Part shown: piece after piece, positions 56,550-64,000 of the stretch
How the letters are laid out: each line of letters begins with the position of its first letter
Position numbering within the stretch: the first letter of the stretch is position 1
Assembly: GCA_964016885.1 (NCBI GenBank)
Contig: OZ024764.1
Location: 17,980,001-18,044,000, forward strand
DNA from: Eledone cirrhosa
Lineage: Eukaryota
DNA: 64,000 nt
Reading direction: 5' to 3'
Program-made: the position numbers and the translations under genes
Notes under the pieces: model-generated
What the model saw: the letters and a program-made list of their open reading frames with translations, nothing else
The model's database searches: none
Told to the model about the DNA's origin: nothing

Positions 56550-57029
56550 TATATAGACCAGATTAAGGTGGCTGTCGTGTTCACTATATACACACATATA
56601 TATGGAACATCCAAATGTCACGTATACACAGATATATATATATATATAGACCCACCTTTAGAAACTACACACATTTATACACACTACCACAACATACACA
56701 CATATATATATACACTACCATATCCGTATACACACACATATATATATACACACAACAAACTACACACACATATATATAGACATATATACACACCATATAT
56801 ATATATATATATATATATACATACAGACACACATATATATATACCATATACACACCAGACTACTCTCACAACATACATACAGGTATATATACACTCACAT
56901 ATATACAGAGACACACCTTTAATTAAGTCACAACTCACCTGATTTCCTATCCACGGGGTTAGTCTTTAGAGGAACAGGAGAATTTCTGTTGACCAGTTTC
57001 TTGTCCATATTTCTGGCCTCTTCCAGCAT
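35230..57029 (-). CDS. RNF10: RING finger protein 10 (E3 ubiquitin ligase), whole gene span, 18 coding exons, 2619-nt CDS, ~872 aa
   Basis: Manually spliced exons keep frame with GT-AG boundaries and give RNF10 hallmarks in order: [31 protein letters not shown]3HC4 [85 protein letters not shown]. Confidence 0.93.
35347..36640. repeat. Complex GT-rich minisatellite (GTGTG/GTAGT/GCAGT modules)
   Basis: About 1.3 kb of mixed 5-mer units with longer internal duplications. Confidence 0.95.
36928..37260 (-). mobile_element. Full-length CORE-type tRNA-SINE (family A)
   Basis: Reverse complement begins TGGAGGCACATGGCTTAGTGGTTAGAGC (A box)...GAGTTCAATTC (B box), then CORE domain and RTE-type tail; a related partial copy lies at ~36668-36912. 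Confidence 0.88.
37410..37799. mobile_element. TTAA-flanked MITE (piggyBac-like) with a nested family-B SINE (~37594-37770, minus)
   Basis: TTAACCCTTTAATGTT...ATGCTAAAGGGTTAA ends; interior matches the copy at 61403-61613. Confidence 0.75.
38061..38127 (+). ncRNA. Type I minimal hammerhead ribozyme motif (Penelope-type)
   Basis: Stem I TATTTTAT/ATAAAATA, core CTGATGA, stem II GTACTG/CAGTAC, GAAA, short near-palindromic stem III TATGTA, then TA. Confidence 0.6.
38270..38562. repeat. 34-bp minisatellite
   Basis: Unit GGAGTAGTGTTGTGGTGGTAGTATGTAGTGGTAT, about 8 copies. Confidence 0.92.
38565..38769 (-). CDS. RNF10: RNF10 coding exon 17
   Basis: [14 protein letters not shown]...[30 protein letters not shown]; ACAG acceptor, weaker GTACTA donor. 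Confidence 0.8.
38804..39215. repeat. GT-rich minisatellite (GTGGT/GTAGT)
   Basis: Low-complexity tandem units inside the RNF10 intron. Confidence 0.92.
39285..39352 (-). CDS. RNF10: RNF10 coding exon 16
   Basis: [23 protein letters not shown]; CCAG acceptor, GTAAGC donor. Confidence 0.85.
39760..40061 (+). mobile_element. CORE-type SINE (family A)
   Basis: Near-identical to 31309-31616, with (TGA)n tail. Confidence 0.85.
40147..40302 (-). CDS. RNF10: RNF10 coding exon 15
   Basis: [30 protein letters not shown]...PEYS; CCAG acceptor, GTAAAG donor (alternative in-frame donor 6 nt further). Confidence 0.75.
40345..40940. repeat. 40-bp minisatellite grading into CA-rich low-complexity repeat
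   Basis: Unit CATACTATACCACCACTTCAATATTACAACACATACACTA at exact 40-bp spacing from 40441. Confidence 0.92.
40945..41043 (-). CDS. RNF10: RNF10 coding exon 14 (basic coiled coil)
   Basis: [33 protein letters not shown]; ACAG acceptor, GTATGT donor. Confidence 0.88.
41100..41840 (-). mobile_element. Internally deleted non-LTR element remnant with C-terminal C2H2 finger and tRNA-like 5' end
   Basis: Minus strand encodes [25 protein letters not shown] (C2H2 finger, like those ending RTE-type ORFs) and ESGTGFV (endonuclease-like); 5' end GGTAATATCCGTAGTGGTAGAGCGCTCAG. Confidence 0.5.
42466..42583 (-). CDS. RNF10: RNF10 coding exon 13
   Basis: [39 protein letters not shown]; CCAG acceptor, GTATGT donor. 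Confidence 0.94.
42766..43352. repeat. 32-bp minisatellite followed by (CTAT/CTGT)n
   Basis: Unit CTACCTGTCGCTCTACCTAGAAGTTTGTCTAT, about 16 copies. Confidence 0.95.
43690..43956 (-). repeat. Five tandem copies of the RNF10 exon 12 3' end plus splice donor
   Basis: GAGGTGGAGAGTATAGCTATG(A/G)CACAG|GTAACT(AC)TACTAC... at spacings of 67, 58, 54 and 54 bp. Confidence 0.93.
43930..44063 (-). CDS. RNF10: RNF10 coding exon 12
   Basis: [45 protein letters not shown]; GCAG acceptor, GTAACT donor. Confidence 0.93.
44170..44495 (+). mobile_element. RTE-clade LINE 3' end
   Basis: [14 protein letters not shown]...[23 protein letters not shown]...[17 protein letters not shown], then 3' tail and (TGA)n. 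Confidence 0.88.
44692..45322 (-). CDS. RNF10: RNF10 coding exon 11 (contains an 11-aa tandem repeat)
   Basis: [11 protein letters not shown]...([11 protein letters not shown])n...VKDTFYFYQ; CACAG acceptor, GTATGT donor. Confidence 0.9.
45588..45921 (-). mobile_element. CORE-type SINE (family A)
   Basis: Near-identical to 36928-37260. Confidence 0.85.
45947..46075 (-). CDS. RNF10: RNF10 coding exon 10
   Basis: [43 protein letters not shown]; GTAG acceptor, GTCAGC donor; phase 0-0. Confidence 0.75.
47089..47133 (-). CDS. RNF10: RNF10 coding exon 9
   Basis: [15 protein letters not shown], matching the conserved ESCFIEAA motif; CCAG acceptor, GTGAGA donor. Confidence 0.88.
47208..47828. mobile_element. 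Cluster of TTAA-flanked MITEs in both orientations
   Basis: Several TTAACCCTTTAGCATT / AATGCTAAAGG(G)TTAA termini with the shared interior TCATACTGATGTTAAGGTATTGTT...ATCAAAATCTCATAGATT. Confidence 0.75.
48406..48518 (-). CDS. RNF10: RNF10 coding exon 8
   Basis: [38 protein letters not shown]; TTCAG acceptor, GTAGGT donor. Confidence 0.9.
48560..48940 (+). mobile_element. Degenerate RTE-like LINE 3' fragment
   Basis: [11 protein letters not shown]...[12 protein letters not shown]...[16 protein letters not shown]...[18 protein letters not shown]. Confidence 0.8.
49392..49531 (-). CDS. RNF10: RNF10 coding exon 7
   Basis: [30 protein letters not shown]...; ACAG acceptor, GTGAGA donor. Confidence 0.9.
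50120..50246 (-). CDS. RNF10: RNF10 coding exon 6 (RING core)
   Basis: [43 protein letters not shown]; ACAG acceptor, GTCAGT donor. Confidence 0.95.
51054..51111 (-). CDS. RNF10: RNF10 coding exon 5 (RING start)
   Basis: [19 protein letters not shown]; TTCAG acceptor, GTAAGG donor. Confidence 0.92.
51472..51562 (-). CDS. RNF10: RNF10 coding exon 4
   Basis: [30 protein letters not shown]; CTAG acceptor, GTGAGT donor. Confidence 0.93.
51860..52358 (+). mobile_element. CR1/L2-like LINE 3' end with (TGAAA)n tail
   Basis: [16 protein letters not shown]...[39 protein letters not shown]...NSLLH; tail AAATGAAATGAAATG. Confidence 0.82.
52811..53156. mobile_element. TTAA-flanked MITE with internal tandem duplication
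   Basis: TTAACTCTTTAGCATTT...ATACCAAAGGGTTAA; ~70-bp GAGGTAAAG..TTTACTG..AAAATACAATAGTATATATAGAGTAATGTAAAT repeated three times. Confidence 0.75.
53328..53503 (-). CDS. RNF10: RNF10 coding exon 3
   Basis: [26 protein letters not shown]...[10 protein letters not shown]; CCAG acceptor, GTAAGT donor. Confidence 0.9.
53860..54190 (-). mobile_element. Tandemly duplicated RTE 3'-region fragments
   Basis: CAGCAGAACCCTCTCTCCTGTACACTACACCTAATTCCTCT occurs twice plus a diverged copy; reverse translation [12 protein letters not shown] matches the RTE at 55423-55749. Confidence 0.6.
54272..54432 (-). CDS. RNF10: RNF10 coding exon 2
   Basis: TTTTCAG acceptor, GTGAGT donor; [16 protein letters not shown]...[27 protein letters not shown]. 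Confidence 0.82.
55005..55748 (+). mobile_element. RTE-clade LINE 3' portion with Cys/His insert
   Basis: [11 protein letters not shown]...FTCSSC...[15 protein letters not shown]...[16 protein letters not shown]...[20 protein letters not shown]...[11 protein letters not shown]...[11 protein letters not shown]; one internal stop. Confidence 0.9.
55785..56300 (+). mobile_element. Two partial family-A SINE 3' halves
   Basis: GTGGTCGTGGAGGTGCCACGGCAAAAAAG...GGAAGGGCATCCAGCTGTAGAAA...GGACGTAAAA(TGA)n at ~55790-56057 and ~56091-56300. Confidence 0.8.
56939..57029 (-). CDS. RNF10: RNF10 coding exon 1 ([30 protein letters not shown])
   Basis: ATG preceded by in-frame TAG; donor G/GTGAGT; phase 1 matches the next exon; second ATG (MDKK) at 57008. 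Confidence 0.72.
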
Positions 57030-57444
57030 CTACTGTAGTAGCTGCCCTTTCTTTAATGCCCGGGCCCCTCACGGGACAGTAAACCAGCCCCTCAGGCCAA
57101 AAACTGCAGCCAAGGGCGCTGCCCCACTCTCCTTCTGCAAGGCTTTTAAAAACACTGGATCTTTGTAAAAACACCATTTTCTTTTAAAACTCCATCCTTG
57201 AAACTAACCGAATATATAATGTCTCTTGTGTATATATATATATATAATATATATATAATTATATAGACCCAAAGGGTGGAGGGAAGAATTCCTTTGGTTG
57301 GGAGTCGGGATTTTATGTTTCTTGGAGTTTCTGTGTCTCTAGGAAAATATGTCGGGTTTTTAGTAGAGTTTTAGTGAGAAATTACTGGACTTTTGAAATA
57401 TTTCTTGAGGAAGAGAAGGAAATAAGTTACAGGAGGGCTTCCTG

Positions 57445-57489
<45 letters not shown>

Positions 57490-57551
57490 CAGAGATAGGC
57501 CCTTCCTCAGAAGTCCTAACTATGCCCTTGGTATGGGAGGGGTTCCTGGTA

Positions 57552-57597
<46 letters not shown>

Positions 57598-57684
57598 TAG
57601 AGAAGGGAGAGAGAGCTCCTTCCTCTCAGGTCCTAAGTGGTTCAACTGAAAATCCTGTGTGGTTTGGTATGAGAGGGGTCCCTG

Positions 57685-57744
<60 letters not shown>

Positions 57745-58439
57745 GGTTAGGTAGGTCCTTCCTCTGAAGTCCTAACTATGCCCTGAAAATCCTGTGTTGT
57801 GTGGTTTGGTTGGTTTGTTGTGGTCTCTGGATAAAAGTAGAAAAAATTGGTACAGCTCCTGGGGTGTGTCAGAAGGGGCAAAGATCTGGGGGTAGGGATT
57901 ATGTAAATTGTTTTAAGATTAACAGAGTAAGGATGGGGACACGAAGAGATCCTTCAGGACAGGATCCCGAGGTCCGATCGTGTGTATATATATATATATA
58001 TATAGGCCAGTGTGTATATTATATAATATATATATGTTCTAGTGTAATGTATATATATATGATTGTTTACGTGTATATATGTGTATATATATAGAGAGAG
58101 AGGGATAGATAGATCTATATATACGTATATGTGTGTATAGTGTATATACACACACTATATATATATTTATATATACACTACGTGTATATATAAATGTGTG
58201 GTATGGTGTGTATATATAGATCTACTTATATATGTATATGTATATATATATGTGTGTGTGTAGTGTATACACACACTATGTATATATATTTATATACACC
58301 CTACGTGTATATATATATATGTATGTATATATATATATGTGTAATGTGGGGTATTTGAAACTTTCCTAGGGGCGTCGTCCTGTTGCAAATTGCTAGTGCA
58401 AGACCGCTGGGTGTTGTTTGTTGTTGGGGGTACCTTGCG

Positions 58440-58940
58440 GTGTTTGTGGCTGACCAATCCGGGGCGGCCCCTTGTCTCACTCACACTCCAGACTTCACTC
58501 TTCTTTCTTCTTCTGCTTCTCTTTCTCTTTCTCCTTCTTCTTCTTCACCTTCGTCTCTTTCTTTCTTCTCGTTCCTGCGAGACTTCCTGCGAGATTTCGA
58601 GCGAGATTTCTAACCAGTTCATTCTTCTACTTCTTCTCTTTCTCTTTCTTCTTCACCGTCTTCTTCACTTTTTTCTTCTTCTTCAGCTTCTTTTTCACCT
58701 TCGTTATCTCTTTCTTATTTTTTCACTTAACGAGACTTCCTGCGAGACTTCTAACGAGTTCACTCTTCTTATTCCCTTTCTTCTTTTTCTTCTTATTCTT
58801 CTTTTTCTTCTTCTTTTTCTTTTTTTCTTTCTTCTTCTTCATCTTCTTCTTTACTTTCGTCTTCTCTTTTTTTTTCACTCAACGAGATTTCCCGCGAGAC
58901 TTTCATGTCTGTTACGTCACATCTGACGTCACGCCAACAA
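58440..58940. promoter_or_regulatory. Probable promoter / non-coding first exon region of RNF10, possibly bidirectional
   Basis: CpG-containing island in otherwise CpG-poor DNA; CCAAT and GGGGCGG near 58455-58468; perfect CRE TGACGTCA 58924-58931 plus TTACGTCA; minus-strand donor GTGAGT at 58479-58484. Confidence 0.55.
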
Positions 58941-59392
58941 AACATATTTGAAAATATTTTTCCTCTCTTGAACGAAAACAAACGAGGTGCTGCTTTTATT
59001 TTCATTTATTTTTAGGGTATTTTTAAGGGTTCCTTTTATTTTCATTTATTTTTAGGGGATTTTTAAGGGTTCCCTTTTTCTTTTTAAACCTTGTAAATAT
59101 ATATATATATGTATATATACAAGGTGTCCCAAATAAATGGGGCCCTAACAGGTACTACTGCTCCAGAGCAGACCCGGGGGTGATAACAACTAAGGGGTAA
59201 CCCCCACGTAACCCCAAGGTCCCAGAACCTCCGGACAGGGACCTTGCCACTAGATGAAGTTTAATGTCATACACAGGGAATGAAAAAAAAATCTCGGGAA
59301 TTTTTCCCCGCCCTATATATATATATATATAACCGCCACACCACCCCCGCTTCCCCACGGCCTGTCACAGGCCCCTAGCCCTAATCCCTGGT

Positions 59393-59533
59393 CAGTGGTT
59401 CCCAAAGTGCGTTCTGTATAGCGGTAGGAGTATATTTATATTACGACCATATAACATTATTAGACTTTGGAGTTCCCTCAAAACTTTCTGAACCAAAAAG
59501 GGTTCCGCGTTTGAAAAAGTTTTTGAAACCCTG
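59393..59533. mobile_element. Possible hAT-type MITE
   Basis: CAGTGGTTCCCAAA...TTTGAAACCCTG imperfect terminal inverted repeats. Confidence 0.4.
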
Positions 59534-59763
59534 TCCTAGGGCCCACCCCTCAGGCCTGTCTATTTAAAGTACGGACTTTCAATGTTTACTAATACTGTTA
59601 ATTGATTTCATTATACATTTTACAAATGCTATATATATATATGTCGAAACGGCCGGAGCTCAGCCTTCGGGGTCCTGACTCTTCCTATTACCCACTCTAC
59701 TACCCCAAGTATCGAGTACTATGGCGGGTTATGGCCCACCTGGTATTTTACCGTACCCTATCT

Positions 59764-59822
<59 letters not shown>

Positions 59823-60201
59823 ATCAATAAAAGATCCGAGGCCATATTCAGTTGATTCAGCTTTATTTAAAATCCATTTTATATATTTCGCGGAGGATTA
59901 TCAGTTATGATTGCCCAGGCTCATATATATATATTTATTGTTATACTTTGGGAGGGTCATGCTGCCATTAGAAACACATGCACCTGTTGAATTTCACTTC
60001 AGTTTATTATAAGTTTCTGGTTGGTAGAAACAACCATTATCATCAATATCTGTTTCAACACACGTTTTCAGATGAGAAATCTCACAAAACAAATTCAAAA
60101 ACGAATACATATATATAAGTTTATCCCAGGTTCAATCAGGTGTAACCACTGTAAGTAAGGTACTCAATACAAAGCAGAGTGTAAATATTTAATATAGAAA
60201 A

Positions 60202-60252
60202 GGCTTCTACAGGACGAGAACTGTTTCATTCAGGAGAAATCATCAGGAAGCC
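60202..60252 (-). ncRNA. Type I hammerhead ribozyme motif, homologous to the satellite monomer
   Basis: Minus strand GGCTTC-CTGATGA-TTTC TCCT GAAT-GAAA-CAG TTCTCGTC CTG-TA-GAAGCC: perfect 6-bp stem I, intact CUGAUGA and GAAA core, stem III CAG/CTG, GUA cleavage triplet; stem II is weak. Confidence 0.72.
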
Positions 60253-60318
60253 GACTGTCCAAGTAAAACAGTTCTAGTCTTGTAGAAGCCTTTTCTATAT
60301 TATATATATATAATATAG

Positions 60319-60700
60319 ATGATGAAGATCTTACAGGCTTATGGAATCCCCAGGAAGATGGACCTGATATCACTGCTCTACACCAACACCAAAGCCCAAG
60401 TCATTACACCTGATGGGATGACAGAGTTCTTTGAGATACTGGCTGGAGTGCTCCAGGGAGATACATTGGCTCCCTACCTTTTTATCATCGTAGTGGACTA
60501 TTGTATGCGCCTTGCACTGGAGAAACACCAGGACTCTGGCTTTACTGTAGCACCGGCTCAGAGCAGAAGAGTTAAGGTGAAAAAGATATCAGATGCTGAA
60601 TTTGCCGACATAGTTTTGGTGACAAATACAATGAAGGGGGCAGAGGTGGCGACTGTGTCGATGAGTGTGGGGCTGAGAATGAATGAGACTAAAACAAAAT
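60319..60700 (+). mobile_element. LINE reverse-transcriptase fragment (RTE-like)
   Basis: KILQAYGIP...LYTNTKAQVITPDGMTEFFEILAGVLQGDTLAPYLFIIVVDYCMR...DAEFADIVL...VGLRMNETKTK. Confidence 0.88.
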
Positions 60701-60862
60701 ATATATATATATATATATATAGTTATGTAATAAACAACATAAGGCAATTATTCCATTTACCAGTGGTTTCTTAAAAGCAAAAAATTTTGCTTTCAATCAT
60801 CAGAATGAAAAAATCCTGGTCTGTTTATTGAATTTGGATTTTAAAAACATATATATATATAT

Positions 60863-60923
<61 letters not shown>

Positions 60924-60962
60924 TTGACTACATTATCTAAAATATCTTATGTCTTCTTTCAG

Positions 60963-61080
60963 AATGGAATCTTATGATGAATTTGATGATGCCTCCCCGC
61001 TCCATAGCAAATATCACAACATTATGACAGAAGAGGAGTACGAGAAACAAGGTTGTTTGGAAACCCACAAAGCACTTGGT
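60963..61080 (+). CDS. Exon of an uncharacterised gene (MESYDEFDDASPLHSKYHNIMTEEEYEKQGCLETHKALG)
   Basis: TTCTTTCAG acceptor, ATG at 60964, GTAAGG donor in phase 0; TEEEY..QG..ET.KAL..L resembles the NEMP/TMEM194 C-terminal motif. Confidence 0.7.
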
Positions 61081-61116
61081 GTAAGGAAACCCAGTATTCT
61101 ATAACTGTATACATCA

Positions 61117-61157
<41 letters not shown>

Positions 61158-61172
61158 CATACATACATACAC

Positions 61173-62646
61173 ACAGAGGGTGGGGCGTAAGTTTTGAAGC
61201 AAATAAAAATGCTTTTAATAACAAAGCTACTAACTTTATTGACCAGCAATATATGTAATTATACATAAATACGTTTAGAATATAATGTGTAGAGTTTATT
61301 CAAAATGTCCCCCCCCCCCCCCCGTCATGCAGCAATGACAGCCTCTAACCTCCATCGAACATCTTTCACCAAAGCACACAACATCAGTAAAGATGCCTTT
61401 AACCCTTTAACATTTAAACCGGCCAGAACTCTCTCACCTCTATCTCTTCAAACCAGCTGTAAACAGCTGCTCATACTGATGCCAAGGTATTGTTCTTAAA
61501 ATGAATAATATCAAAATCTCACAGATTCAATATTTATGTAAGATATTATGTAAGATAAAGCCTTTACTGTGAAAATACAATAGTAAATATAGAGTAATGT
61601 AAATGCTAAAGGGTTAAATTATCAACTGTCTTGTGGACTTTTGAACAGGCTTTTTCTTCAAGGATATACCAGACTGAAAAGTCTGTATAGTTCAAATCAG
61701 GTGAACAAGGAGGGCATATTTCTTTTGACTAGAACCTCGGAAGATGGTCTCTACACCAACATTGTGTGATATTTGCTGTATGGGAGGTGGCTCCATCTTC
61801 TTGGAAGGTCCACAGATAATCATTTCCAAAATGATAAGTTTTAGAAGCAAGCATAGGCTCCAGAATACCATTTATGTAAGATTGGGAGCTGATTTTTGTC
61901 CTTTCTTCTACAAAAATGAGAGGAGACTTCGAAGATGATGAAACAGCCCCCCCCCCCCCCCCCAGACCATAACAGAAGCTGGTTTCATTGTATGGAATAC
62001 AGATATTTGGTCAACACTGATGGCCGTGCCATTTTTCCAATGACTCGATCATTTCTTTGGTTGTATGTCTGCTCAACTGAAAATCCCTTCATCTGACCAG
62101 ACAATTTCCTCCACCATGCCACGTTTCATTTCTTTATGCAGATTCTTGCTTCTCTGTAGCATTTTTTGTTTTCTCTTTTCAGAAAGGGTTTATCTCTTTT
62201 GAAGGGTGAAGGAAGACATTTCCAAGTCTCAGGGCTTACTTGGACCTCTTTTTCCATTTTTCTCATGGACCTTTTCAGATTTCTTTTTCCCCATTCTCAA
62301 ACGGCTTTAATGAGATTAAGAGTCTATTTAGTTCATGATCTTCCACTTCTGGGTCCATCCATCAAATCTCTTTACATTTTAAAATGCTTCACAGCTTTCC
62401 AAACGGTATTTTGAAATAAAAAGTAACTTTGCAATATCCGAAACTGACCTCCCTGTGTGATGAAGTTTGAGTATCCTTTCTCTATTGGATGACATTCAAA
62501 TCCTTTAAGAAATTCAAACAAAGTTCAGTATGTTTACATAGACTAATGTTTTAACAGGAAAATAAAAGAAGATTAATGATACACTTACAACACTTTTAGA
62601 AATCAAATTTCAAAACTTTGCTTCCGAACTTATGCCCCACCCTGTA
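61173..62646 (-). mobile_element. Degenerate full-length Tc1/mariner-superfamily DNA transposon
   Basis: TIRs (CAG)AGGGTGGGGCGTAAGTTTTGAAGCAAA / TTTGCTTCCGAACTTATGCCCCACCCTG; broken transposase on minus strand with IVWSDE, VMVWG, WTFQEDGATSHTA, PPCSPDLNYTDFSVWYILE motifs. Confidence 0.88.
61403..61613. mobile_element. TTAA-flanked MITE (piggyBac-like) nested in the transposon
   Basis: TTAA|CCCTTTAACATTTA...TAAATGCTAAAGGG|TTAA. Confidence 0.82.
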
Positions 62647-62775
62647 TATGACCACCACAACACTATCACCTACACTACACCACTATATCCCACACTACAA
62701 CACTATATAACCACTACCACCTACACTACAACACTATATAACCACTACCACCTACACTGCCTCTCTCTATTACAG

Positions 62776-62880
62776 GATCTAATGGACTATATTGATCAGA
62801 ATCCAAAGATGTATCAATCGATTCTTCAAAATAAAAGAACACAAGAATATGAGAACTCATCTTATTTCTCCTTCGTGAAG
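62776..62880 (+). CDS. Next exon of the same gene (DLMDYIDQNPKMYQSILQNKRTQEYENSSYFSFVK)
   Basis: CTCTCTCTATTACAG acceptor, AAG/GTAAAT donor, 105 bp, in frame with the previous exon. Confidence 0.72.
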
Positions 62881-63852
62881 GTAAATATACTCCGAGTATC
62901 AATATGTGGTGATGTGTGTGGTGTGGCATGGTGGTGTGATGTGTGAGGTTGTGGTGTGTGTGGTGTGGCGTGGTGGTGTGATGTGTGAGGTTGTGGTGTG
63001 GTGTGATGTGTGAGGTTGTGGTGTGGTGGTGAGATGGTTTGTATTAGAATATTCTGTCCTTGTGTGTGGGATGGACTGGGTATATATATATATATATTGA
63101 GATGTAGCAACTCCAACCTAACACCAACCACATTTACAGTGTGGACTGGGAGCTTTTTACCATGTTACCTACGTGACTACATTAAAGCGTGGACTGTATT
63201 TTTTAAAATATATATATATGCATATGTGTGTGTGTGTGTGTATACATATGTGTGTGTGTATATATACATGTGTGTGTGTATATATATACACATATATGTG
63301 TGTGTGTATATACATATATATGTGTGTGTGTATATATACATATATGTGTGTGTGTGTGTATATACATATATATATATATATGTGTGTATGCGTGTTTGAA
63401 TATAATTTGTCCATCTCATGTCTTTCCTTCATCTGTTTACCTTGTTTTAACCTCCCACATTGTACAAAATTTTCTCTACCATCGGTATGTAGGTCTGACT
63501 GCAATGTCAGCATCTACCATCTCTTCTGTCACTGTCATAACCAACCTTCTATGTATGCCTGTGTCGTTAATAGGCCAAACTACTCTCCACCATCGGTATG
63601 TCGGACTTACTGCCCTGTCATGTCAGCCAACAAGAATGCAATCAAAAGATCAAAGAACTGAAAATGAATATGTCCCGAGCCTTTAACTATGCTCAAGGTA
63701 AGTCAACTGTGTCCATTTTGCCCCTTCTTAGTTTTCTATTTCTACCCCAGTTCACCTACAGACACAGTTAGGGCCCAGTCAACACAGAACCACCTGTTAC
63801 AGCGGGTTAACAGGGTCAACACTACCAACTTCACCTATATATATATATATAT

Positions 63853-64000
63853 GTTGTAGCAGGTAAACTTAACAGGTAGGAAAAACTACGTATGCAATAG
63901 ATGTACAGGGAAATTTGACAGAAGTCGCAGTGATAGACACATTTTTCAAATGCAGGTGGGTTCTATAGAAGTGGTTGATAGCATCCGGTACCTAGGTAAT
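63853..64000 (+). mobile_element. RTE-like LINE fragment running off the window
   Basis: YVCNRCTG...GGSIEVVDSIRYLGN, same region as the RTE at 55005-55748. Confidence 0.6.

Noticed and set aside
58290-59005. F/L-rich and K/E-rich ORFs
   Set aside because: Polypyrimidine low-complexity tract in the promoter or 5' UTR region

Overview
Eukaryotic, AT- and repeat-rich genomic DNA, most likely from an octopod cephalopod (inferred from CORE-type tRNA-SINEs, RTE/CR1 LINE remnants and dense (AT)n microsatellites). Bases 1-29957 are the edge of a large satellite array of 71/72-bp monomers with local higher-order duplications, a ~1.65-kb inverted block bounded by two fold-back junctions, and a diverged terminal layer. 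Bases ~35230-57029 (minus strand) hold a complete 18-coding-exon RNF10 gene (RING E3 ligase, ~872 aa by manual splicing) with several locally duplicated exon edges and a possible 1305-bp minisatellite cassette exon. A divergent plus-strand gene (exons 60963-61080 and 62776-62880, NEMP-C-terminus-like motif) lies beyond a CRE/CCAAT-containing promoter region. Most striking: a solitary type I hammerhead ribozyme motif at 60202-60252 (minus) aligns over ~55 nt with the satellite monomer, suggesting the whole array is an amplified, catalytically decayed hammerhead (Penelope/retrozyme-type) unit. All alignments, translations and folds were done by eye; no database searches were run.
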